64,000 nucleotides of DNA, taken from positions 113,316,189 to 113,380,188 of the forward strand of contig NC_068981.1 in NCBI RefSeq assembly GCF_001194135.2. Reading direction: 5' to 3'. The notes under the pieces are model-generated. The model had not been told where the DNA came from. It did not search any database and saw nothing but the letters and a program-made list of their open reading frames with translations. Source of the stretch: Octopus bimaculoides (Eukaryota). Each line of letters begins with the position of its first letter. Position 1 is the first letter of the stretch. Made by a program: the position numbers and the translations under genes. Positions 1 through 10,628 of the stretch are shown piece by piece.

Positions 1-487
1 GCAGTATGTTCCACTGGATGTGCAGCATCAGTGTGCATGTACAACAAAGTGCAAACATATAGAGAGAAAAGTTGAGCATAAGAGGAATCACATGCAGTAT
101 TGGTTTGGACATGTGATGCATATGAATGAAGACAGCTGTATAAAGAAGTGTCAATCACTGAAAATGGAGGGTACCCACAGAAGAGGGAGACCTGGGAAGA
201 TATGGTATGATGCGGTAAGGACTGATCTTAGGATGTTGGGCCTAACAAAGGAAATGACACTGTAAAGTGGTTGGTGCTTGGAAGGGCATCCAACTGTAAA
301 AACCATGCCTGTGCTTGTCCCACATAAAAAGCACTCAATTCATTCTGCAGAAGGGCATCCAGCCTTAAAAACCCTGCCAAAAAAGACACTGAAGTCTGGT
401 GCAGGCTCCTACCTAGCTAGCTCCTGTCAAACCATCCAACCCCATGCCAGTATAGAAGGAAGACATTAAATTATGATGATGATGATG
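1..487 (+). mobile_element. RTE-clade LINE 3' end with (GAT)n tail
   Basis: WFGHVMHMNEDSCIKKC...GRPGKIWYDAV C-terminal peptide, shared 3' UTR, gatgatgat tail at 473-487. Confidence 0.8.
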
Positions 488-902
488 ATATATATACACA
501 TATATATATATATATACACACACACATATATATATATATACACACATATATATATATATACACACATATATATATACACACATATATATANNNNNNNNNN
601 NNNNNNNNNNNNNNNNNNNNNNNNNNNNNNNNNNNNNNNNNNNNNNNNNNNNNNNNNNNNNNNNNNNNNNNNNNNNNNNNNNNNNNNNNNNNNNNNNNNN
701 NNNNNNNNNNNNNNNNNNNNNNNNNNTATATATATAGTTTATGTATGTATTAATATTATCTCAGTTTAAAAAAAGCTTTGACAGTGTAAATATGTTAATA
801 GTTACCATAGGTAGCAAAAATTACACAAAAAACCATGATATCACAGCCGTTTTATAGGTAGAGATACCAAGTTGAAGTGATGCATTTTGAGAAGATATGA
901 AT

Positions 903-2161
903 AATAACAGTAAATGGAGCAAAATATATGAGTGCTCTCCTCCAAAGAAGTAAGAGCTGCTGGAATTCCACATATATTCATCTTCAGGGAATCAACATAT
1001 AAAAGCAAGACAAATGCGAAATGATGAGGTAACTTACGAGCTAAGATGTTACATGGCCAAGTGACCGTTAGAAGTAAGAACGCTTGTTTACATAGAGATA
1101 TAAAGGTAGCAATAATATTATTCTATGGGCCAGTAAGTGACCGTTAGAAATAAGAATGCTTGTTTACATAGAGTTATAAAAGGAGGGGGCTGTGAACGTA
1201 ATGCTAAAGGTTTAAATTAAATGATTAAAATGGGGGAGGAAGGCAAAATAGACCACAGTAAAGAAAACTAAAAATCGTGAGCTAATTGCTAAGTCAAAAA
1301 TGGAGGAAGGGAGAGAACTAAGGGAGTTCATCAAATAAAACATTTTCTACTTAAGGAAAAAACTAATTACATACTTTATATGAAGTGAAGAAAGTAAATA
1401 TAAAAATAAATAAAGCATCATAGCCTAGTAATATATTATATTATTATGCGGATATTAATGCTAGTTAATGGTAAAACAAGGTACAGGATATTTATTGGAG
1501 AAATAATAATGATAATAATGTACACGTTTACAAGAAGATCGGAAATACTTAGTTGAAGTTACCGAAGGTACGAACAACAACCTGTGTGACATTACTAAGA
1601 AGAATTTACTTAGCTAACTGTAGAAGGGGAAAATAAAGAACTAGTGATGATTGAGGCAAATATATATANNNNNNNNNNNNNNNNNNNNNNNNNNNNNNNN
1701 NNNNNNNNNNNNNNNNNNNNNNNNNNNNNNNNNNNNNNNNNNNNNNNNNNNNNNNNNNNNNNNNNNNNNNNNNNNNNNNNNNNNNNNNNNNNNNNNNNNN
1801 NNNNNNNNNNNNNNNNNNNNNNNNNNNNNNNNNNNNNNNNNNNNNNNNNNNNNNNNNNNNNNNNNNNNNNNNNNNNNNNNNNNNNNNNNNNNNNNNNNNN
1901 NNNNNNNNNNNNNNNNNNNNNNNNNNNNNNNNNNNNNNNNNNNNNNNNNNNNNNNNNNNNNNNNNNNNNNNNNNNNNNNNNNNNNNNNNNNNNNNNNNNN
2001 NNNNNNNNNNNNNNNNNNNNNNNNNNNNNNNNNNNNNNNNNNNNNNNNNNNNNNNNNNNNNNNNNNNNNNNNNNNNNNNNNNNNNNNNNNNNNNNNNNNN
2101 NNNNNNNNNNNNNNNNNNNNNNNNNNNNNNNNNNNNNNNNNNNNNNNNNNNNNNNNNNNNN

Positions 2162-2200
<39 letters not shown>

Positions 2201-2972
2201 CATATATATTGTTTAAGATTATATTAAAAATATTAAGATTAATAACATACTGATTTGAAGCGAAGAATGTAAACATGATAAATGAAATATCATTACCCTG
2301 TGATATATTAATATACTGATGTTAACGCAAATCAATGGAAGAACGAGGTACAGGATATTTTGTTGAGAAATAATAATAACAACGATATACATGCTTATAA
2401 GGAGAAGGTCAGATATAAAGGCAAAGCAACTAGTGGTACAAAGCAACTCAAGTAGCATTACTGGGAAGGAAATTACTTAATCAACTATAGAAGGGGAAAA
2501 TAAAAGACAAGTGATGGTGGATGTAGAAGTAGATATTATTCAGAGGACATTTAGTGAAAAAAAAAAAAATAATAATAATAATGCTTAAAACCTAACCTAG
2601 TTAGAATGATGGAGTTAACGATAAAAGAAGGTATGTCTCTTGTAGTGCTGACAATGATACGCCCTCTGAGTTATTTGGTTAACTAGGTGATTCTTGGAGA
2701 ACAGGATATAGAAATGTTCCAAGTTACAAAGAGGACAAAAATCCTTACCTTTGTCGTAGGGAACTGAAGTAGCCAGTATAGACCATTCCAAAGAGAATTG
2801 CTTATTGCAATCTTTCAGTTTCCAAATCAATATGTTGATTCACTGAAGATGAATATATGTGGAATTCCAACAGCTCTTACTTCTTTGGAGGAGAGCACTC
2901 ATATATTTTGAAACATGTGTAGGAATTAAAGGAACTTTTATTTATATGCGTTTTGCTCCATTTATTGTTATT
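903..2972 (-). mobile_element. 5'-truncated Penelope-like element: GIY-YIG C-terminus plus inverted pseudo-LTR
   Basis: Minus-strand IWKLKD...LEWSIL...PY..GKDFCPLCNLE...LVN...CQH (2615-2830); 903-1000 is the reverse complement of 2830-2972 apart from a 45 nt deletion; hammerhead motif in the repeat. Confidence 0.75.
2835..2929 (+). ncRNA. Type I hammerhead ribozyme motif (Penelope pLTR)
   Basis: TTGATTC(A) CTGAAGA T GAATATATG..CATATATTT T GAAA CATGTG TA (G)GAATTAA; predicted cleavage after 2921. Confidence 0.75.
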
Positions 2973-3233
2973 TATATATATATANNNNNNNNNNNNNNNN
3001 NNNNNNNNNNNNNNNNNNNNNNNNNNNNNNNNNNNNNNNNNNNNNNNNNNNNNNNNNNNNNNNNNNNNNNNNNNNNNNNNNNNNNNNNNNNNNNNNNNNN
3101 NNNNNNNNNNNNNNNNNNNNNNNNNNNNNNNNNNNNNNNNNNNNNNNNNNNNNNNNNNNNNNNNNNNNNNNNNNNNNNNNNNNNNNNNNNNNNNNNNNNN
3201 NNNNNNNNNNNNNNNNNNNNNNNNNNNNNNNNN

Positions 3234-3638
3234 CTTAAACTTGACTGTCAAATATAGCTTTATATAGAACTGTATACACACATATATATGTGGTTTTTGA
3301 AAAAGCTCCTAGAGATAAAATAATTTAATTCCTATTAGAATAGACATTTGAGTAAAAAATTGTGAACAATTTCTATAATATGGCAAGGGGTTACCTCCCC
3401 TTAATGGACTTAGTTTAGAAAGGAACAGAAATAGAAATGAGCCATTTAACAATAAATTTAAATATGGAAGAAATCTAGAAATACAGTATTGATCTCCAAA
3501 TTTTGATTTTTTGTTTGATTTGTTGTTTGTTTGTTCTAAAAGATTATTCCCTGAAGAAGTGTATGGCAACTTATATGTTTGACTTAAACTTGACTGTCAA
3601 ATATAGCTTTATATAGAACTGTATACACACATATATAT
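3234..3638. repeat. 56 bp exact direct repeat 349 bp apart
   Basis: cttaaacttgactgtcaaatatagc...catatatat at 3234-3289 and 3583-3638; the first copy abuts an N-gap, so an assembly artefact is possible. Confidence 0.7.
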
Positions 3639-4398
3639 ATGTATGTATATATATGTATATTCACATGTATGTAAGCATATACCCATATGAAAGTAAACAG
3701 ATCAACATACAGACGGATAGGAACATAGGTTATATGAACAGACAAGCACACATACACAAATGAAGACTGAAACACATGACCATATACACACACACTTTAC
3801 TTCACACAAGGAGACAGAGGTACACACACACATATACAAACACACACACACAAACATACATAAAAACACAAACACAGACATGCAAAAACATGAATATGCA
3901 GAATACATACATACAAATGTCCACACATGCATATATAAATACATGCATACACACACATGCATGCATACATACATACATGCATGTATATGCACACACACAC
4001 ACACACACTAACCCACACATATGCACACAAACAAATAAAAAGGAATGTAGTGTGAGTAACGGACAGAGTCAAAACTATTGAAAAGGTTGCAAGATGCAAT
4101 GAAGATTTTAGAAAAATAAAGGAAATAAGTGGAAATTTTACCAGTGGGTGTGTTAAATTATAAGGTACTAAAAGAGAATGACTCACCCCAAACACAACAG
4201 TATATATTTCAACACACGAACTTGCATAAAGAATCTTGCAAACCAAATCCAAAAACGAAATATATATATATACTGCATCTAGCTACTTTTATTATTTTAC
4301 AATTCCACATAACCATTTTGCTGAATCAGTTATTGATTTTTATGGTAAATTCTACATACTGACAGGTTGAATTAGTCTTACCTATAAGTGATGGAGTA

Positions 4399-4450
4399 GT
4401 ACTGCTGATGAGCTTTAATTTCAAGCAAAATTGACTTGCCAATTTAGTAC
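4399..4450 (+). ncRNA. Type I hammerhead ribozyme with G12>A core change
   Basis: GTACTG CTGATGA GCTT-taatttc-AAGC AAAA TTG-acttgc-CAA TT TAGTAC; all three stems pair. Confidence 0.75.
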
Positions 4451-4549
4451 CTTCTCATTTCTAACAATGAAGGTGCTACAGTGCACCTTAAGTCACTATT
4501 AGTGACAATTCAATTCTTCCTTTTTGGTTTTATATTGCCTGTCACCACC

Positions 4550-4550
<1 letters not shown>

Positions 4551-4618
<68 letters not shown>

Positions 4619-6390
4619 GTTGTTGCCTTTGCACAGCTTCTAATGCTGGAGATGTACTACAGTCTCAGCTGTTCACTACCAGTGAACTAGGGTAACACCT
4701 CTTATTTTTTGAGCACCTTCCAGAGTATTCGAGCGGTCCCAAGCAGTGCTGTTTTCTGCAAGTGCTCCACCCTTATTGCAGCCCCTATTTGTTCCACGTA
4801 CTTCTCAAGATTTTTGCTCACTGTTTCCAGGGCTCCAACAATTATTGGTACTACTGTCATCTTTTTCATCAACCATAACTGCTTAACTTCCCAAGCTAAT
4901 ATGTCATATTTCTCGACTTTTCTTTCTTCCTTATTGCATACCTTGTTGTCGGCTGGGCATGCTATGTTTGTTTTCTTTCACAATTATTCTTTCGCTTCCT
5001 ATTCTCAATCTCATGGTCGCACTGAATCATAAAATCCCATAGGATCTTTGCATTTCTATTTTCAACAATGCCTTCAGGTTTGTGGTCATACCAATTTTTT
5101 GCTTTGTCAAGTCCATACATGTTGCAAAGTGTCCAATGGACAAGCCTGGCTATATTGTTGTGGCATCTCTTATATTTCTTCTGGGTTACATATGCCATAC
5201 AGTTTCACCTGTTTTGTCCACAGATTCTACACTTATCACTTTCTGATGTGCTGTCTATTCTGTATTTTATGTAGTTTGTTCTTAGTGCTTGCTCTTGGGC
5301 AGCACAGATTACAGTCTCCGTTTCCAGTTTTAAATCACTTTTAGTCATCCACAGCCATCTTTTTTCTCTCTCTCTGTCTTATCTTCAACATCCCTATGAA
5401 ATTGACCATGCATTCTTTTCTTTACCCACCTATTTTCAGTTTCATTCGTTTTCAATTTCTTGTATAGTGCTTTATCTTTGTAATCTTTCATCCTACACAA
5501 GCCTGATCTTCCTACTTCTAATAATAGCGGTTCTGTGGCATTTTTTACATACCATGCTATGTTGTTTTCTTCTGCTCTAATGCTGTGTTTGCATCCAATA
5601 AGTCCTCTTCCCCATCTTTTTCTTGGTACATACAGTCTATCTGTGTCACCTTTTGGGTGGAGTGACCCATATCTAGTTAGCAACTTCCTTGTCTTTCTGT
5701 CTAAGCTGTTTAGTTCGTCTACTGTCCATGCGATTACCCTTGCTCCATATCTAAGGAGTGAGATTGCCCAGGTGTTGATAGCTTCGATCTTATTCCTTCT
5801 GTTTAATTTTGACTTAAGGATCAGTCTCAGTCTATGTAAGTACTCCACCTTAAATTTTTTTGTCATTTCTTTCTCCATTAATTTATCCATTTCCAAAATC
5901 CCCAAGTACTTATAGCCTATCTCTTCTATCTGCTTCATAACCTCCCCCGACGATATCGTTAGTCCGTCCATACATTTTATTTTGCCTCTCTTCAAGACTA
6001 ACACACCACACTTTCTCAGTCCGAACTCTATTCTGATATCAGCACTGAAAGTATACAACGTATTGACGAAGGAACTGACTTAGGATTCATCTTTACCATA
6101 AAGTTTGAGGTCATCCATGAATAACAAATGGTTAACTTTTTATTTGCAGCTCTTGAATACAACCCCAGCATTTATTTTCCTCAGAATCAGTGTTAGTGGT
6201 ATCATGCACAGTACAAAGATCAGTGGGGACAGGAAGATGCCCCCTTGGAAGATGCCCCCCCCCCCTGATTTCTACAGTCCCTAAACTTCTTCCATATGCT
6301 GTCAGGTCTGTCCTCCAATTCGCCATACTTTTTCCAAGCAATCGCTCAACATTCGATGCAATCCCAAACAGGTTCATACATTCTGTAATA
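4551..6390 (-). mobile_element. R4/Dong-like non-LTR retrotransposon (RT C-terminus plus restriction-like endonuclease), 5'-truncated and frameshifted
   Basis: NHLLFMDDLKLYG and EFGLRKC...GYKYLG...INTWAISLLRYG RT motifs; RCHNNIARLVHW..C...WYDHKPEGIVEN..KILWDF RLE region; (TAA)n tail at 4551-4618. Confidence 0.8.
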
Positions 6391-6426
6391 ATAATCTAAA
6401 AAAAAAATGAAGTTTATGGAGATTAA

Positions 6427-6497
<71 letters not shown>

Positions 6498-7230
6498 CTA
6501 GCAGAGATACCTGGCATTGCTCAGGATTAAAATGACATAGTGTGTATGTATATTACAGTTATGTTGAAACGTGTTACAAGAAAGTGCAGCATTTATGACA
6601 AAACATTTGTGGAGTAAATGATGGCCTAATTTAACTAAGCAACATGTCATGTGTCCATTCGGAGGATTCCAGGCCCTAACCTGTCATGGAAAATTGGGGA
6701 TGGGGATATATGATTTTTGAATGCACGGAAAAGCTGGCAGTAGATATATTTTCCTTTGTGGTGGTCGGTGCTGTGTCTAATATGACCCATCATATGGTTG
6801 ACGGTCAAATGAATGTAGTTGTAATAAAGATATTGTACATAAACATTTACATTCTGGAAAGGAGCTGCAGTGGGAGATGGCAACACGGAAGTGAATTGTT
6901 GAAATGTTGCAGAAGGTGAAGGGTTGACAGTGGATTGCTGGTGTGGCTGTAGAATAAGAAACATAAACTGAGCCTATGCAGTCACATGAGAATATGTAGT
7001 AATGAATTACTTAAAAAAGTAAGGCGTAATAGCTTACCACGTGGTTGGTGGGAGTAATTGGAGAATATGTTTTGATACTGAAGTCCATGCAGGAAACTGC
7101 TTTGTTGACACAGTCTTCGGGTTTGTTGGTATTATGCCAAAATGGTATCCATCTTCACCATTCACAAAGGCAAACAACTAGGCAAGACTTGACAAGGACA
7201 TTTAATTTGATTTAATTTAATCTAATTTAG
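6498..7230 (-). mobile_element. Non-autonomous Helitron-like element; 3' end defined, 5' end approximate
   Basis: CTAG at 6498-6501 followed by T on the minus strand, with a GC hairpin (acctggcattgctcagg) about 8 nt inside. Confidence 0.5.
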
Positions 7231-9044
7231 CTACATAATGAATAGTAAAAAAATAGTCTCTGACAGCTGTTTCTGGGATATCGAGGACTCTCTAAGTTGT
7301 GTATTTCGTTATTGCAGAGATATAGGTTATAGATACAGTGGAAGAAAGTTCCTCATCAATGATATTTGTTGTGGTTCATTATGTCTAAGAGAGTGGAGGG
7401 GTCCAATTAGATCCAGTTAGATTTGTATATATTTATTTTATTCTTTAGGTAAATCCATGGTCAGTAAGCATGGTTATGTAGTGCACCATTGTGAGAGCAA
7501 AGAAAAGAATGGTTATGCAGTACTCCATAGTGAGGGAAAATGAATGCTAGCAGTTCTAAAGTTGTTCAAATACTAAGAGGTGGAATAAATAATACATTCT
7601 GGTGAGATATAGATAAGTAAGAGCTTTGTACTAGATATATACTATTCAGTATAGTGAGGGTCCAGAGAAATTGGTGTGAGAAAGTTAGGTAGATAAATAG
7701 ATAAGGACATTGTAGTAGATATATACTAATCAGTATAGTGAGGGGTATTTTTGTCTAGGGAAATTAGAGGGAGGGAGTGCAAGGACTAGTAAAGGGCATT
7801 CTTATCCAAAGAAATTAGTGGGTGGGGAAAAATGTAAAGACAGACAGATAAGGGAAAAAAGTGAAATAAAGCAGATGCCAGACCTACAAGGCTAGGTATC
7901 AATGAGGGTGGTGTAGGTAATAAAGTGGATGTAAAAAAGATAATAGACATCATCTTTAGTAGGTGATCAAATTTTACTGGAGGGGAGATCTAGGGTTGTC
8001 TAGCCATTAAAAATGCTAGAAATAGATGCCAATTAGCAAACAGAAGATTTCAGATTTGCGGACTAAAAACAAAGGCTAGACATAATGTTTTAAAAATATA
8101 AATTTTTAAAATAAATAAATAAATAACCAGCTAGAGGAGGCTTCCTCTTGGGGTTAAAAATGGTAGTAATGTTAGTTTATATGGAACAGCCATATTGAAG
8201 TCGTAACAAACATTACTTCTCAGGATAGTTATTGCTTTCATCTCACAGAGATTTTCTAACTAGCTACTTTGCTTAAATAAATAAAAATAATTTCAAAAAT
8301 AATTAAATTAAAAATAACGTTAGAATTAAACTTAAAAATAAGAAACGAGTGTCTTATATAGTATATATATGTATAGAGTGTTTGAAGTGGTGTACAGATA
8401 TTGTAAATTGAGAAAAAGGAGGCAGTCAGAATATTGGATAATCCTTTATTAGTGCTTTCATTTGTTTTACGAATTCATCAAGACAAAATCAAAATGGTGA
8501 AAACAGAATATTACTCATTTATGTGAATCAGATGCTTTTTTGCTTTGTTTAGAAGAGGAGAAAGTTGTTTTTGTTTTTTTTGGAAAAAGGGAGAGAGAGA
8601 GAATGTGTATGTGAAAGGGGTATATCCATATATATATATATGAATAGAGCTGTGCATGTGTAGGTCAATCTCTGTCTGTCTCCATCAATTTTTTCTGTGT
8701 GTATGTAGTACTTATATGTAGGTATGTGGACCTACATGTGTATATGTGTGTGTATATATGTAAATGTATATATACACACATAGATATATATGTGTGTGTG
8801 TATGAGTGTGTGTGTGCATGTATATTTATCTCTGCACTGTGTGTGTGACTGTGTTTCTTCATGCATTTTTTCAATGCATGTGCATGTGTATATATACATA
8901 TATTTTTTTTCTACTTTTTCTGCTTGTAAATCTAATTGCCTTTTAATCATAATTTTTTTTATACACATCAGCATTGACTTTCTCATTAGTAATACTTTCC
9001 CTGTATATTGCATAAATGTAATTCTTTTCCTCAAATAAATTGCA

Positions 9045-9144
9045 CTTCATATTCAAGGCTCTGATGAAGCTATAGAATATTATTCAGGCACTCAATTAAG
9101 AGTCCACAGCATCTTATAGTAGAAACAGCTGTAAACTAATGAAG
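9045..9144 (+). ncRNA. Hammerhead ribozyme motif, partly decayed stem I
   Basis: CTGATGA 9061-9067, A, GCTATAG/TTATAGT stem II, A, GAAA 9122-9125, palindrome ACAGCTGT, GTA site; distal stem I CTTCAT/ATGAAG. Confidence 0.65.
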
Positions 9145-9284
9145 TTCATAACACAACCATTGTTTTTTCTGTGTCATCTAATACTCATCTAACACCTTGT
9201 TCTAATACATACATATATTGAGTTCTATGCCAAATTATATATATATATATACAAATTCCCACACTTGAATTTTATAATCACATA

Positions 9285-9720
9285 TACTAGGAGGTTCCCA
9301 AAGTAAGTAGAAACATTCTCTGCGGAACAAGCCTGTTGTAGTTCAGGCTTCCCCCACTAGAAGTCACTTGATGTGACCCTCAGGCAGTAGACTGCCAACC
9401 AGTGGCATCAGATTAAGTTGTACTGCCATATGGTGCATCATTGTTTTGCAGTGCTTCTCCCTGTTTGTCAGTTTTTGTGTGCTTGCATGAAATCGTTTTT
9501 TCTACTTGGGAAAACAGCAGCTGAAACAGTTGTCATGCTTCAAACAACTTACAAGGATGCTGCCAAGAGCAAAGCACATATTTATGAGTGGTTTTCCTAC
9601 TTTAGGAATGGTCACTTGTTGCTTGAAGATCAACTTCATTCAGGGTGACAGTTGACCTCCCAAACGAACGGAAACATCATGAAAATTCGTGAATGTGGAA
9701 GACCGTCACTGAACAATTGA
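9285..9720 (+). mobile_element. Mariner transposase 5' fragment (HTH)
   Basis: KSFFLLGKTAAETVVML...IYEWFSYFRNGHLLLED..HSG; TA-initiated TIR-like start. Confidence 0.7.
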
Positions 9721-9990
9721 TGAACTTGTGTGTCCTGCAACTCCTACCAATANNNNNNNNNNNNNNNNNNNNNNNAGTCACTGCCAGTCAGCAGGATACT
9801 CCACATGTGTGTGTATTTGTATTGGATTATAATTTAGATTATATAACTAATAATCATTCATTTTTAATGAAACATATGTAAGATAATGTAATTAAATGTT
9901 TTATAAACAATTTCTCCTCTTGTTTTGTTTGATATATATATATATATATATATATATGCATACATACATGCTGTATGTCTAAATACACAG

Positions 9991-10251
9991 CAACTTGAAG
10001 ATTTCCTATTAGCCCGACTGTCTGCTGCAGAGGGAAATTTCCTTGGAGACTATACTCTTGTTGAGAATTTAGAGACAACAAAGTCCACTGCAGCTGAGAT
10101 TGAAACAAAAGTTGCTGAAGCAAAGATTACTGAGAAAGAAATCAATGATGCCAGAGAGAATTACAGACCAGCAGCCTGCAGAGCATCTTTGATTTACTTT
10201 CTCTTGGGTGATCTCAATAAAATTCATCCTATGTACCAGTTTTCTCTGAAG
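9991..10251 (+). CDS. Axonemal dynein heavy chain (outer-arm beta type, DNAH9/11/17-like), first exon in window: AAA5 strut/buttress region [20 protein letters not shown]...YQFSLK
   Basis: acacag acceptor at 9985-9990, AAG|gtaaga donor after 10251; 261 nt, phase 0/0; peptide matches recalled outer-arm DHC sequence. Upstream exons are not in the window. Confidence 0.95.
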
Positions 10252-10628
10252 GTAAGACCCAATATATGTTGAAAATAAAAATAAAAATAACATATAAATA
10301 GTGCATAAATGTGATATGGCTGTGAGAATACTATATGTATGCTTTATGTTTGTATGTTCTATTTTGTCCAAAATGTGAAATCATTCACTTTTCAATTGTG
10401 ATATAATCAACAAAAATTGAATTGTCAAAGCAATACATAATATATAACCTATAACTAAATTTCTTTAAAGCAATCTGAACAAGTTGGATAAGGTGTTTTC
10501 ACTCTCAGCATTATATATTAAGGAGATGTTGGCTGAATCTCAATCAAACCTTCAGTAGATTTTCAAATATTTTTATTTAAAATATATGTTGATGCAAGAA
10601 ATGGATTAAGTCACTAATATACCCAGAT

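Noticed and set aside
3546-3590. attccCTGAAGA followed by a G.T-rich hairpin, hammerhead-like
   Set aside because: No GAAA or stem III; at most a remnant.
9869-9880. GAAACATATGTA, identical to stem III of the 44900 hammerhead
   Set aside because: No CTGANGA or stem II upstream.
1-9990. An upstream dynein exon (expected ...ERPDLE...FKITLK)
   Set aside because: Not found by eye; it lies left of the window or in an N-gap.
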